Assembly (NCBI GenBank): GCA_965232545.1
Contig: OZ246979.1
Span: 2,703,521-2,767,520 of the forward strand
DNA from: Candidatus Poribacteria bacterium
Lineage (GTDB): Bacteria; Poribacteria; WGA-4E; WGA-3G
DNA length: 64,000 bases
Direction of reading: 5' to 3'
The notes beneath the pieces were generated by a model. The model made no database searches and was not told the origin of the DNA. It worked only from the letters and a program-made list of their open reading frames with translations. Positions 27,108 to 36,013 of the stretch are shown piece after piece (position 1 is the stretch's first letter; each line of letters opens with the position of its first letter). A program made the position numbers and the translations under genes.

Positions 27108-27740
27108 ATGCCGACAATCGAAAAAGTTTTTGACTCCCCAGGACCCCAACCTAACGGAATGCAAGCCACCGAAGAAGGACTCTGGATCCTCGACCAACAG
27201 ACCAACGAAGTACATCTCGTCTCTTATGATGGCGATGTGAAAAAGACACTCGCCACCGGCTCCGATAGAGGGAGCGGCGTTACAGATACAGGCGATACGC
27301 TCTGGCTCGCGTCCACTTATAGTTGTGAAATCCTCTCAACCGATCCAGAAAACGGCAAAACGCTCGCTTCTTATGAAACACCCGGTGCAGGTCAAACCGG
27401 CGCACACGGCTTAGAATGGCGCGACAATAAACTCTGGCTAGCGGTCCCGCCATCTGCCACCATCTATCAAGTCGATGTTGAAGACGGTTTCAAAGTGATT
27501 CACACGCTCCCTGCCCCCGGCGATCGACCCCACGGGATCGCATGGATAGGTGATGATCTCTGGTGTGTTGAGACGAACCATCGCGCAATCTTCCATCTCA
27601 ATCCAGAAGATGGCAGCCACCTCAACAAAATCGAGATACCGGAACCACATCCTGAACCCCATGGAATGACTTACTGGGATGGGTATTTCTGGTATTGCGA
27701 TGCGCACACAACTGCGGTGTGCCGTGTGGCATTATCCTAA
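27108..27740 (+). CDS. Beta-propeller repeat protein (Vgb/NHL-like repeats).
   Basis: Repeated blade-like segments of about 40 aa with conserved G/W/D positions (LWIL, LWLA, LWLAV, LWCV). Confidence 0.4.
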   Translation: MPTIEKVFDSPGPQPNGMQATEEGLWILDQQTNEVHLVSYDGDVKKTLATGSDRGSGVTDTGDTLWLASTYSCEILSTDPENGKTLASYETPGAGQTGAHGLEWRDNKLWLAVPPSATIYQVDVEDGFKVIHTLPAPGDRPHGIAWIGDDLWCVETNHRAIFHLNPEDGSHLNKIEIPEPHPEPHGMTYWDGYFWYCDAHTTAVCRVALS

Positions 27741-27742
27741 TC

Positions 27743-28543
27743 ATGGAAGCGATCGGCAGACTCCTGAATATGGGGGCAAATCCCGCCGCGATGAATATGG
27801 CGATTGACGAGGCGATTCTGCTCTCGCAGAAGGAACAACCGAACCCGACGCTGCGGTTTTATGAATGGTCGTCCCCTGCTTTCAGTTTCGGCTACTTTCA
27901 AGATATTGCTTCAGAAGTCGATGTGGAGGCGTGCTGTGCAAACGGCATCGAATTGGTGAAACGGATGACCGGTGGTGGGACTGTCGTGCATGGATGGGAA
28001 TTGACGTATACGCTGATTCTCCCACGGGCTGCCGCAGAAATAGGTATTTCCGACGCGTATCGATGCATCGGACAATCTCTTGTGAAGGCTCTTCAAAAAC
28101 TCGGTGTCCCTGCGCAGTGCTACGCTGCGTGCCCCGATTCCTCCGAACCCGCTCCAAATATCTGCTTGACAAATCCTGCTTATCATGACGTTATGTCTGA
28201 CGACAAGAAGTTAGCGGGTGTTTCTGTGAGACGGAACCGAGACGGGATACTGTTTCAGGGATATATTTCGTTAGATATGCCACCTGCTTCTATTCTCGAT
28301 CACGTGTCAAAGGATCCAGCGGTCCAACAGAGTATCCGCGAAAAGTCAACTGCTATCAATGTAGGTGGACATTTTATAACAAGAGACGCGCTCATCCAAG
28401 CTGCCTGTGAAACATTTGAAATCGGAATTGCGTTTAATGCAGGAGCACTGTCAATGATGGAGCGAGCGCAGGCAGAAACTTTGTCTGAAACCAAATATGC
28501 CACAGCGGCGTGGAATTTTAATATAAATGCGTCAGGAAGTTAA
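27743..28543 (+). CDS. Lipoate-protein ligase A / octanoyltransferase family (BPL/LPL catalytic domain) protein. The ORF track begins at 27695.
   Basis: Substrate-binding region RMTGGGTVVHG...YTLIL and the conserved Lys motif KKLAGVSVRR. Confidence 0.7.
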   Translation: MEAIGRLLNMGANPAAMNMAIDEAILLSQKEQPNPTLRFYEWSSPAFSFGYFQDIASEVDVEACCANGIELVKRMTGGGTVVHGWELTYTLILPRAAAEIGISDAYRCIGQSLVKALQKLGVPAQCYAACPDSSEPAPNICLTNPAYHDVMSDDKKLAGVSVRRNRDGILFQGYISLDMPPASILDHVSKDPAVQQSIREKSTAINVGGHFITRDALIQAACETFEIGIAFNAGALSMMERAQAETLSETKYATAAWNFNINASGS

Positions 28544-29585
28544 ACCTGCCAACATTGTACTCATTCCACAGGGCGCGTTCATCATGGGTACCGATATTGA
28601 AGCGTTCTACGGGACTGCCTTAGCCAATTCGGAGCATGCTAAACTTGATGAAGCACCGATGCACATCCGTTTTTTGGGAGCATATCTCATAGACGAGTAC
28701 CCAGTAACAAACGCCGAGTACGCCGCTTTCGTACAGGAAACGAAGCATCCATTCCCGCCACATTGGAAGAACGGCGACTTCGCACCTGAAGAGGCAAACC
28801 TCCCAGTCGTTCATGTAAGTTGGCATGATAGTGCCGCGTATGCACAATGGGCAGGCAAACAACTACCGACAGAGGCAGAATGGGAGAAAGCCTGCCGCGG
28901 TCCCGATGGACGGATCTATCCGTGGGGTAATGTCTTCGTTCCTGATGAATCTGAATCTACAGAAATCCCCGCGGAAACCTTACAGATTTTGACGACGTCC
29001 CTCACTCCTGTAGGCATTCGTCCCGTCACAGTAAGCCCTTACGGGGTCGGTGACGCGGCAGGAAATGTTTGGGAATGGACTGCTGATTGGTATCAACCAT
29101 ATCCTGATCCAAAACCGCTTAAACAGGGAACAGATGATAAACAGAAAGCCTTGCGTGGCGGGTCATGGTTAGAAGTGCGTGATGGCACAGCGGAACGCTA
29201 TTTTCGGTGTGCCAATCGCTTACATGCGCCGCCAGACTATGCCGCCGGAAATATTGGTTTTCGCTGTGTACGCGAGGCACCCCCCGAACAAATCGAATCG
29301 GTGCATGTCCCTGTGGAACCACTCGCTGACTATGTAAAGCAACGGAAGTTAAGTAACCTGCGTCTCCTTCAAAAACGGACAGAAAAGAACAGCCTCAAAG
29401 ATACGCTCATTGCTGTTCTGCTCATCGGTGGAGGGGTTTATAGTATTGTGGTAAATCCTGAACTGGTGTTGGGTGGTATCACCGTAGGGGTCGTCGGTAT
29501 TGGATTTCTTTTCAGTGCGAGTGTGAATTTCTGGCGGAGGTGGCGTGCAGTAAAGCGATCAAAGCAAGTGGCGTCTGATATTTAA
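28527..29585 (+). CDS. Formylglycine-generating enzyme (FGE/SUMF1) family protein with a C-terminal TM anchor.
   Basis: YPVTNAEYAAFV, WHDSAAYAQWAGKQLPTEAEWEKACRG, GNVWEWTADWY, RGGSW and GFRCV are all FGE-sulfatase domain hallmarks. A hydrophobic C-terminus follows. Confidence 0.85.
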   Translation: MRQEVKPANIVLIPQGAFIMGTDIEAFYGTALANSEHAKLDEAPMHIRFLGAYLIDEYPVTNAEYAAFVQETKHPFPPHWKNGDFAPEEANLPVVHVSWHDSAAYAQWAGKQLPTEAEWEKACRGPDGRIYPWGNVFVPDESESTEIPAETLQILTTSLTPVGIRPVTVSPYGVGDAAGNVWEWTADWYQPYPDPKPLKQGTDDKQKALRGGSWLEVRDGTAERYFRCANRLHAPPDYAAGNIGFRCVREAPPEQIESVHVPVEPLADYVKQRKLSNLRLLQKRTEKNSLKDTLIAVLLIGGGVYSIVVNPELVLGGITVGVVGIGFLFSASVNFWRRWRAVKRSKQVASDI

Positions 29586-29831
29586 TTTTACCTTGCGGAG
29601 TAATCAAGGACGTTTGAACTCTTGTGTGCGTCCTCCCTATCCGTCCTCCATTTCATTACGGACTACGGGTTCCAACACACAAAGACAAACGGCAACACCT
29701 CTACAAAACGGCAGTTTGCAACAACGATGCAAGTGGACCTTAAAATGCACATTGACCGAAATTTGAATTCAGTGTAAAATTTAGCAAACTCAAGCATTGC
29801 GACCTTAAGTCGCTTCTACAAGGGGAGAATA

Positions 29832-30680
29832 ATGAACCCGCTATGTTTGGAACACTGTTTGACCGAAACAGAAAAACAGCAATTTGAAGACAACGGTTTC
29901 TTTGTGGTTGAGGATGCCATCCCACAGGAGATGGTTGATAAGTTGATCGCCGCTGTAGACCGAGTCGGGGCTGAGCATCTGGGCAAAAATGAGCTCCCGT
30001 CCGATGCGCGTTTCAACCTCCTCGATTTTGTCGGCAGAGACGATAGCTTTATCGAACTGCTTGACTGGCACACGACATTTCCGAAGGTTTGGGGAATTTT
30101 GGGATGGAACATCAAACTCTACCATTCACATCTGATTGTGCTACCGCCGCTGCCACCCGAAGAGCGCGACAAATCCCAACGCCTCGGTTGGCACCAGGAT
30201 AGTGGTAGACTCAATTTTGAATTGGAGGGAGACCCGCGACCTCGTGTATCGTTGAAAGTAGCATTTTTCCTCACCGATACATCTGTGCCGGGACGCGGTA
30301 ATTTCTCCGTAGTGCCGGGTAGCCAGAAATCGAATACGTTAGAAATGCCTGATGACTCTGCGGCGGATCCGGAGGGCGCGAGACCTGTATTTGCCAAACC
30401 GGGTACGGCTGTCTTTTTCGATCGCAGGATCTGGCATTCCGCAGGACGGAATACCTCTGACCTCACTCGGAAAGTCCTGTTTTATGGCTACAGTTACCGC
30501 TGGCTGCAGCCACGCGATGACATGACGGTAGAACATTACATGGAATGCTCTGATCCAATTCGCCAACAGATTTTGGGTAAAAGCACAGGTGGACACGGCT
30601 TTACATCCCCCGGTGAAAAGGATGTGCCACTTCGCTCGTGGATTCAGGAAAACCTCGGTTCTGACGCGGTCGCGCGCTAA
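29832..30680 (+). CDS. Phytanoyl-CoA dioxygenase (PhyH) family Fe(II)/2-oxoglutarate-dependent oxygenase.
   Basis: PhyH-like N-terminus (LTETEKQQFEDNGFFVVEDAI) and an HxD...H pattern (WHQDSG ... WHSAG). Confidence 0.75.
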   Translation: MNPLCLEHCLTETEKQQFEDNGFFVVEDAIPQEMVDKLIAAVDRVGAEHLGKNELPSDARFNLLDFVGRDDSFIELLDWHTTFPKVWGILGWNIKLYHSHLIVLPPLPPEERDKSQRLGWHQDSGRLNFELEGDPRPRVSLKVAFFLTDTSVPGRGNFSVVPGSQKSNTLEMPDDSAADPEGARPVFAKPGTAVFFDRRIWHSAGRNTSDLTRKVLFYGYSYRWLQPRDDMTVEHYMECSDPIRQQILGKSTGGHGFTSPGEKDVPLRSWIQENLGSDAVAR

Positions 30681-30696
30681 CATAAAAACACGAAGG

Positions 30697-30727
30697 GCGG
30701 GCAACGCTGCCCGCCTTTCATGAGCAT
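30697..30727 (+). terminator. Rho-independent terminator after the PhyH gene.
   Basis: GC hairpin ggcgggcaacgctgcccgcc followed by tttcat. Confidence 0.55.
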
Positions 30728-31110
30728 TTAGGGTGAGAGGCTCATCTTTCCAAACTCCCACAGCAAAATCCAAAAATATGCGAAGATTTTAGAGGATGGC
30801 AGCCCTATCTTACCTCGCGCTGCACTGTCCAAATAATTGCAGATTTTACCATAAAAATTCCACATTTCTTTGGCATATCTGAAAAGAAAATTGTATACTT
30901 TTATAGAACAACGCAAATTCCGCATAAGAACATCAAAAAACACTCAAGCACGGTGCAAGGGACAACCTACATAGCGTTCGCACGTTCTGTTTTCTCCTTC
31001 TTTACTTTTAATGTATGGAAGCAACCGAACCTCCTGCTCGCGCGCTGTAAACTTTTAAATTTGGACTCACGTTGAATACATCGCAGACAATTTTCTCACA
31101 AGGATAGGAG

Positions 31111-33345
31111 TTGCCAATTTTCATGAAGACTCTTTTTTGCCTACTAATGGTATTTTGGATTCCCACATTTGCCTTTTCCCAGACAGGAACAATTCAGGGG
31201 ACTGTTTATGACAACAGTACGAAAGAGCCATTAGCAGGCGCAGAAGTTTTCATCGTTGACATCGACACACGTCAGAAAACTGATGAAAATGGAAAGTTCA
31301 TTTTTAGTGCTATTCCCGCCGGAACCTATACTTTAATTACCACAGTGCCTGATACGGAGTTGTCGCAACGCACCTCGATTGTTGTTACGACAGAAGAGAC
31401 GCTGGCACCTGAAATCTACGTCAAAACATCGCAGTATCGTCTTGAAGGTGTCGAGGTAACCGGTGAAAGTGTCCCCAAGACTGTCAGTAAAAAAAGCCTT
31501 CAAGCGCGGGAAATTACGCGCCTGCCCGGTACAGCCGGTGATGCGCTTCGCGCCCTTCCAGCGATTCCCGGCATCGGTGTCGCAAACGATTTTAGTGGTG
31601 CTCTCTATATCCGCGGTGGCTCCGATGAAGATAACCTCTACTATTTCGACCGAGTGCCTGTTGGTTACCCATACCACTTTGGCGGGATCGTCTCGTCCTT
31701 GAGTTCCGAAATTATTGATCGAATTGATGTCTATGCAGGCGGCTACGGTGCCGAGTACGGTGTAGATTCTCAAGCCGTAATTGACATCTACTCACAGGAC
31801 AGCAGTCCAGCAAATTTACGCGGAAAATTTAACCTCAATCTTCTCTTTTCAGAGGGATTGCTTCAAGGCAAAGTCGGCGAAAAGGGCTACTGGTATGCCG
31901 CAGGACGCAGAAGTTACATTGATCTCTTCATCGGATCCCTGTCATTTAATACCGGGGCAATCACTGCCTTCCCGCGTTTCTGGGATTACCAACTAAAATC
32001 GGGCTATGACTTCAATGAAAAGCACCAACTCTTTTTTAATGTCTTTGCTTCTGGTGATCGGTTTGCCCTGAAGTTAGACGGCGAAAATGTAGACGAAGAT
32101 TTTCAAGGAAATGTGAGTTTTGAAAGTGGTTTTGAGGGCGCAGGCATCCATCTCCGATCCTTTCTGACAGAACGGTTGACCTCCTATCTATCGCTGACCC
32201 GTTCAAAATTTCTATTTGATGTCAATTTCGGTCCATCACTTTCACTTGAGATTGATGCACCAGACTATGTGCTTCGCGAAGATCTCACTTATGAGTTAAA
32301 CGCGCAGCACCGCCTCGAGTCTGGGTTAATCCTCGGATTTGAACCCGGACGGGTTACTGGCACCTTTACTCGGATTCCGGATGAAGGTGAGGATGACTTT
32401 GACATCCGGTTCGAGGAAAAAGTATCCTTGGACGAGTATGTACGCGGGTATCGCGTCGAAGCCTATCTGCAAGACCGATACACACTGCTACCGTTTTTGT
32501 CAGTCGTATTTGGGTTGAGGTTCGATTACTTCAATCGTATTGATCAACTTTCTGTCCAGCCGCGTGGCAGTGTACTCGTGGAACTTCCCAACAGTTCTGA
32601 ACTCCAATTCGCCTATGGGATTTACAATCAGACCCCGATACCTGCGCAACTCTCCCCGAGTATTGGTAACCCCGCCTTGAAATCAAGTGAGGCAAGTCAT
32701 TATATCCTTGAACTTAAACGGCCACTTTCACCAGATACAGAAATCAAAATGGCGGCCTATTACAAAAACCTCGCCGACTTAGTAACCGTTGACGAAGAAG
32801 CGGGTTATCTGAATCAAGGGGTCGGTTACGCACAAGGCACCGAGATTTTTCTACGACATCGGGGCGGCGACAGACTCTTTGGTTGGGTTTCCTACGCGTA
32901 TGCCCTCTCTAAGCGCCGCGACCGCCCTGACGAACCTTATCGCCCCTATTCGTTTGATCAGACACATGTCGCCACGCTCGCCGCGAGTTACAATCTGACC
33001 CCTACATGGGAGATTGGCGCGAAGTGGCAGTACCGGACTGGAAATCCATATACGCCTGTTGAAGACGCAATAATCCGACTTGATCCGAGAAATGGAGAAC
33101 CCATTTACGTCCCCATTTATGCCGAAACTAACTCTGATCGGTTACCTCCGTATCACAGACTCGATCTACGCGTCAGTAAAACCTTCCAATTTAAAGGGTG
33201 GAAACTCGGCACCTTCTTTGAACTCCTAAATGCATATAACCGACAGAATTTGCTCGATTACAGCTATAGCGAGAACTACACAAAGCGCGAAGATGTCAAT
33301 CAATTGCCCATCATTCCTTATTTGGGGATTACAGCGGAATTTTAG
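31111..33345 (+). CDS. TonB-dependent receptor-like outer-membrane protein (carboxypeptidase-regulatory-like domain, plug, and barrel).
   Basis: Signal peptide, CarbopepD_reg-like TGTIQGTVYD, a plug region (LPGTAGDALRALPAIPGI...YIRGG) and a C-terminal aromatic residue. Confidence 0.65.
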   Translation: MPIFMKTLFCLLMVFWIPTFAFSQTGTIQGTVYDNSTKEPLAGAEVFIVDIDTRQKTDENGKFIFSAIPAGTYTLITTVPDTELSQRTSIVVTTEETLAPEIYVKTSQYRLEGVEVTGESVPKTVSKKSLQAREITRLPGTAGDALRALPAIPGIGVANDFSGALYIRGGSDEDNLYYFDRVPVGYPYHFGGIVSSLSSEIIDRIDVYAGGYGAEYGVDSQAVIDIYSQDSSPANLRGKFNLNLLFSEGLLQGKVGEKGYWYAAGRRSYIDLFIGSLSFNTGAITAFPRFWDYQLKSGYDFNEKHQLFFNVFASGDRFALKLDGENVDEDFQGNVSFESGFEGAGIHLRSFLTERLTSYLSLTRSKFLFDVNFGPSLSLEIDAPDYVLREDLTYELNAQHRLESGLILGFEPGRVTGTFTRIPDEGEDDFDIRFEEKVSLDEYVRGYRVEAYLQDRYTLLPFLSVVFGLRFDYFNRIDQLSVQPRGSVLVELPNSSELQFAYGIYNQTPIPAQLSPSIGNPALKSSEASHYILELKRPLSPDTEIKMAAYYKNLADLVTVDEEAGYLNQGVGYAQGTEIFLRHRGGDRLFGWVSYAYALSKRRDRPDEPYRPYSFDQTHVATLAASYNLTPTWEIGAKWQYRTGNPYTPVEDAIIRLDPRNGEPIYVPIYAETNSDRLPPYHRLDLRVSKTFQFKGWKLGTFFELLNAYNRQNLLDYSYSENYTKREDVNQLPIIPYLGITAEF

Positions 33346-33392
33346 ACGTTTGCCGAGGAGACAAAAACCTGAAACGGATATTAATCCTTCTA

Positions 33393-35774
33393 ATGCTCAT
33401 ACTACCCTTGAATGCCTTCGGACAGACTGATGCGGATGATACCGCCGAGTCAGATGCTGCAAAGGATGAAACCTCACAATCCGTTGTTACTTTAGATGAG
33501 ATAACAGTTGAAACAACACGCAAGGATGAAACCTCACAATCCGTTGTTACTTTAGATGAGATAACAGTTGAAACAACACGCTTGGAAATAAAACCCAAAC
33601 GGACGTTGAGTGGAGACTTGCTCAGGCGCGCGCCGGGCAGTGTTGGCGATCCAATTCGCGGAATAGCCCGCCTTCCGAGCATTGGTACAGTTAACGATTT
33701 CTTTGGGGCACTCTCTGTAAGGGGTGGCGCGCCGGGAGATAATCTCTACTACTTCGATCGATTGCCGTTAGGATACCCGTATCATCTCCTCGGGATTGTC
33801 TCGGTGGTGAGTTCTGAGACCATCGGGAAAATAGATGTGTATCCGGGCGGATTTGGTGCTGAGTTTGGCGCGGATTCACAGGCAGTGATTGATATACATT
33901 CCCGCCCACAGAAACTGGAGTCTTTAGGGTGGCTGGATGGAATGCTAAAACCGAGTTTTATCTATTCCGAAGGCTTTCTCAGCGGTGCTTTATCCTTTCA
34001 AGAGAGCCCCGAAGCCAAGGTCCCTCCAAACGGACCCGACAAAAAACCGTCTATTTTCCATCTTTCCAAGGATATACTTCTCGGCGATGCTCAGATATAC
34101 GGTAGAGATGCAAACAAAACGAGCAAAACACCAGCGAGTACCGACCAAGAATTTTTAGAAAAAGCCAACGAAACAGATGAGAAACCGGCGAGCACTGATC
34201 AAGAATTTTTAGAAAACAGCGTGTTACCCGGGCAAGGCTATTGGTACGCTTTCGGCAGACACAGTTATCTGGAACCATTTTTTGAATTGGCATCGAGATT
34301 AGTGGAACTTGAGGACCTGGTTCGAGAAGTGCCCCGTTTTTGGAGTTATCAACTAAAAGGAGTTTATAAACTCAATGACACCCACGGAATGGTACTTAAC
34401 GCTGTCACAGCGTATGACGCATCCGAATTCCGATTGGGATCAGATGAAGTTCACGACAGTGATCTCCACGGTCCCTTAAGTTCCGAAAACCCTTTTGATG
34501 TCCAAGGGATTCACTTTTATTCCCGGTTATTGCCTCAGTTCAGGTCTATTCTATCATTCACGCGTTCGTTTACAGAAAATGAAATCGCTTTTGGTGAAGA
34601 GTATTACTACCGGACGGCTGCTTCTGTCTACGCACTCCGACACGATTTCACTTATACCACATCCCCGGAGAATACCGATGAGGCTGTAGAATTCGGCTAC
34701 TTGCTTTCAAGTACCCCGTCAACGGTTATCAGTCACGGTGCGCGCCGAGTTGAAGAGGGAGATCCTGATTATGAATTCCGAATTTGGCACAAACAGAAAA
34801 AAGTCAATGTCACGGAGACCCGAAATCTCCATCGTTTAGAAGGGTATCTCCAGGCTCGGCAGAATCTCTTCGCTTCTAACGTTTTCGGCACTCTCGGAAT
34901 GCGAGCGAGTTACTTTAATCTCACGGATAACCTATCCCTCCAACCACGTGCCCAACTCCATTATAGTCTTCCATGGCAAGATGCATCCCTGAATTTCAGT
35001 TATGGACGTTATGCGCAAAATCCGAGATTAGACCAGTTTCTGCTGGGTGTAACACCAAATGCATCCCTCGAACAAAGTCTCGCAACGCATTACGTTCTTG
35101 AGTTGAGTCAGATGTTACCTTTCGGTACGGAAGTGAATATCGCTGGTTATTATAAAACACTCCGCGACCTCATCACCTACAATCAGGATGAGAGACAGTA
35201 TCAGAACGGTCAGGAAGGATTTGTGCGCGGGTTTGAAGTTTCTTTTGAACACAAAATTTCCGATACCTTTAACGGGTGGATGGCATACGCTTACACCGTT
35301 TCCAAACGCCGCGATTTTCCTGAAAAATTCCATCGGTTTTATACTTACAATAGTCCGCATGTTCTAACTTTGGCAACGAATTACAGCGCGCCTCAGGGAC
35401 TACTCCTCTCAATCCCTCTCATCGAATCGTTAGATATAAATGCAAAGTGGCAATACCAGAGCGGCGTCCTCTATGCCCCTTTAGTAGGCCGTACTCCCTT
35501 TACGAACTTTCGGACGAAAGAGAAAAAATGGCAACCGCTCTACGGAGAATGGAAGCGTAAACCGCCGTATCACCGGTTAGACCTCAGCCTCCACTTCCAA
35601 CTGTTCGGTGATTTAGAAGATCACGGTTGGGAATTAGGGTTTGTCCTTGAGATATGGAACGTTTACAACCGCAACAATATACTTGAAGTTCGATACAGTC
35701 GGAATTTCACAAAAGAGGAACCTATTTCGCAATTACCAATTATCCCATTTCTGGCGATAACGTTGGACTTTTGA
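33393..35774 (+). CDS. TonB-dependent receptor-like outer-membrane protein, a paralog of the preceding gene, with N-terminal internal tandem duplications.
   Basis: The plug region (LSGDLLRRAPGSVGDPIRGIARLPSI...VRGG) is alignable to the upstream paralog. The C-terminus LAITLDF mirrors LGITAEF. Confidence 0.65.
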   Translation: MLILPLNAFGQTDADDTAESDAAKDETSQSVVTLDEITVETTRKDETSQSVVTLDEITVETTRLEIKPKRTLSGDLLRRAPGSVGDPIRGIARLPSIGTVNDFFGALSVRGGAPGDNLYYFDRLPLGYPYHLLGIVSVVSSETIGKIDVYPGGFGAEFGADSQAVIDIHSRPQKLESLGWLDGMLKPSFIYSEGFLSGALSFQESPEAKVPPNGPDKKPSIFHLSKDILLGDAQIYGRDANKTSKTPASTDQEFLEKANETDEKPASTDQEFLENSVLPGQGYWYAFGRHSYLEPFFELASRLVELEDLVREVPRFWSYQLKGVYKLNDTHGMVLNAVTAYDASEFRLGSDEVHDSDLHGPLSSENPFDVQGIHFYSRLLPQFRSILSFTRSFTENEIAFGEEYYYRTAASVYALRHDFTYTTSPENTDEAVEFGYLLSSTPSTVISHGARRVEEGDPDYEFRIWHKQKKVNVTETRNLHRLEGYLQARQNLFASNVFGTLGMRASYFNLTDNLSLQPRAQLHYSLPWQDASLNFSYGRYAQNPRLDQFLLGVTPNASLEQSLATHYVLELSQMLPFGTEVNIAGYYKTLRDLITYNQDERQYQNGQEGFVRGFEVSFEHKISDTFNGWMAYAYTVSKRRDFPEKFHRFYTYNSPHVLTLATNYSAPQGLLLSIPLIESLDINAKWQYQSGVLYAPLVGRTPFTNFRTKEKKWQPLYGEWKRKPPYHRLDLSLHFQLFGDLEDHGWELGFVLEIWNVYNRNNILEVRYSRNFTKEEPISQLPIIPFLAITLDF
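33461..33580 (+). repeat. Perfect 60-bp in-frame tandem duplication (2 x 60 bp) inside the receptor gene.
   Basis: aaggatgaaacctcacaatccgttgttactttagatgagataacagttgaaacaacacgc is repeated twice without mismatch, encoding KDETSQSVVTLDEITVETTR twice. Confidence 0.9.
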
Positions 35775-36013
35775 TAAACCCATCCAAATTTAAATTTTAT
35801 TTACTCCACTTTGCTTCCTTTTGCGTCTATAATATTAATTAACCTTCAAGTTACCACCTTATAGAAAACAAGAATTAGAGAGGCGGGGCACCGCAGCACA
35901 CCAGAATTAGAGAAAATTCTTTATATTTGCAATCAAAAACGGTGTATGTCTGTCTAAACCTAAGTAACACCTTGGGTTGTATATTAATCACATCTCTTTC
36001 TCGAAAGGAGGCA

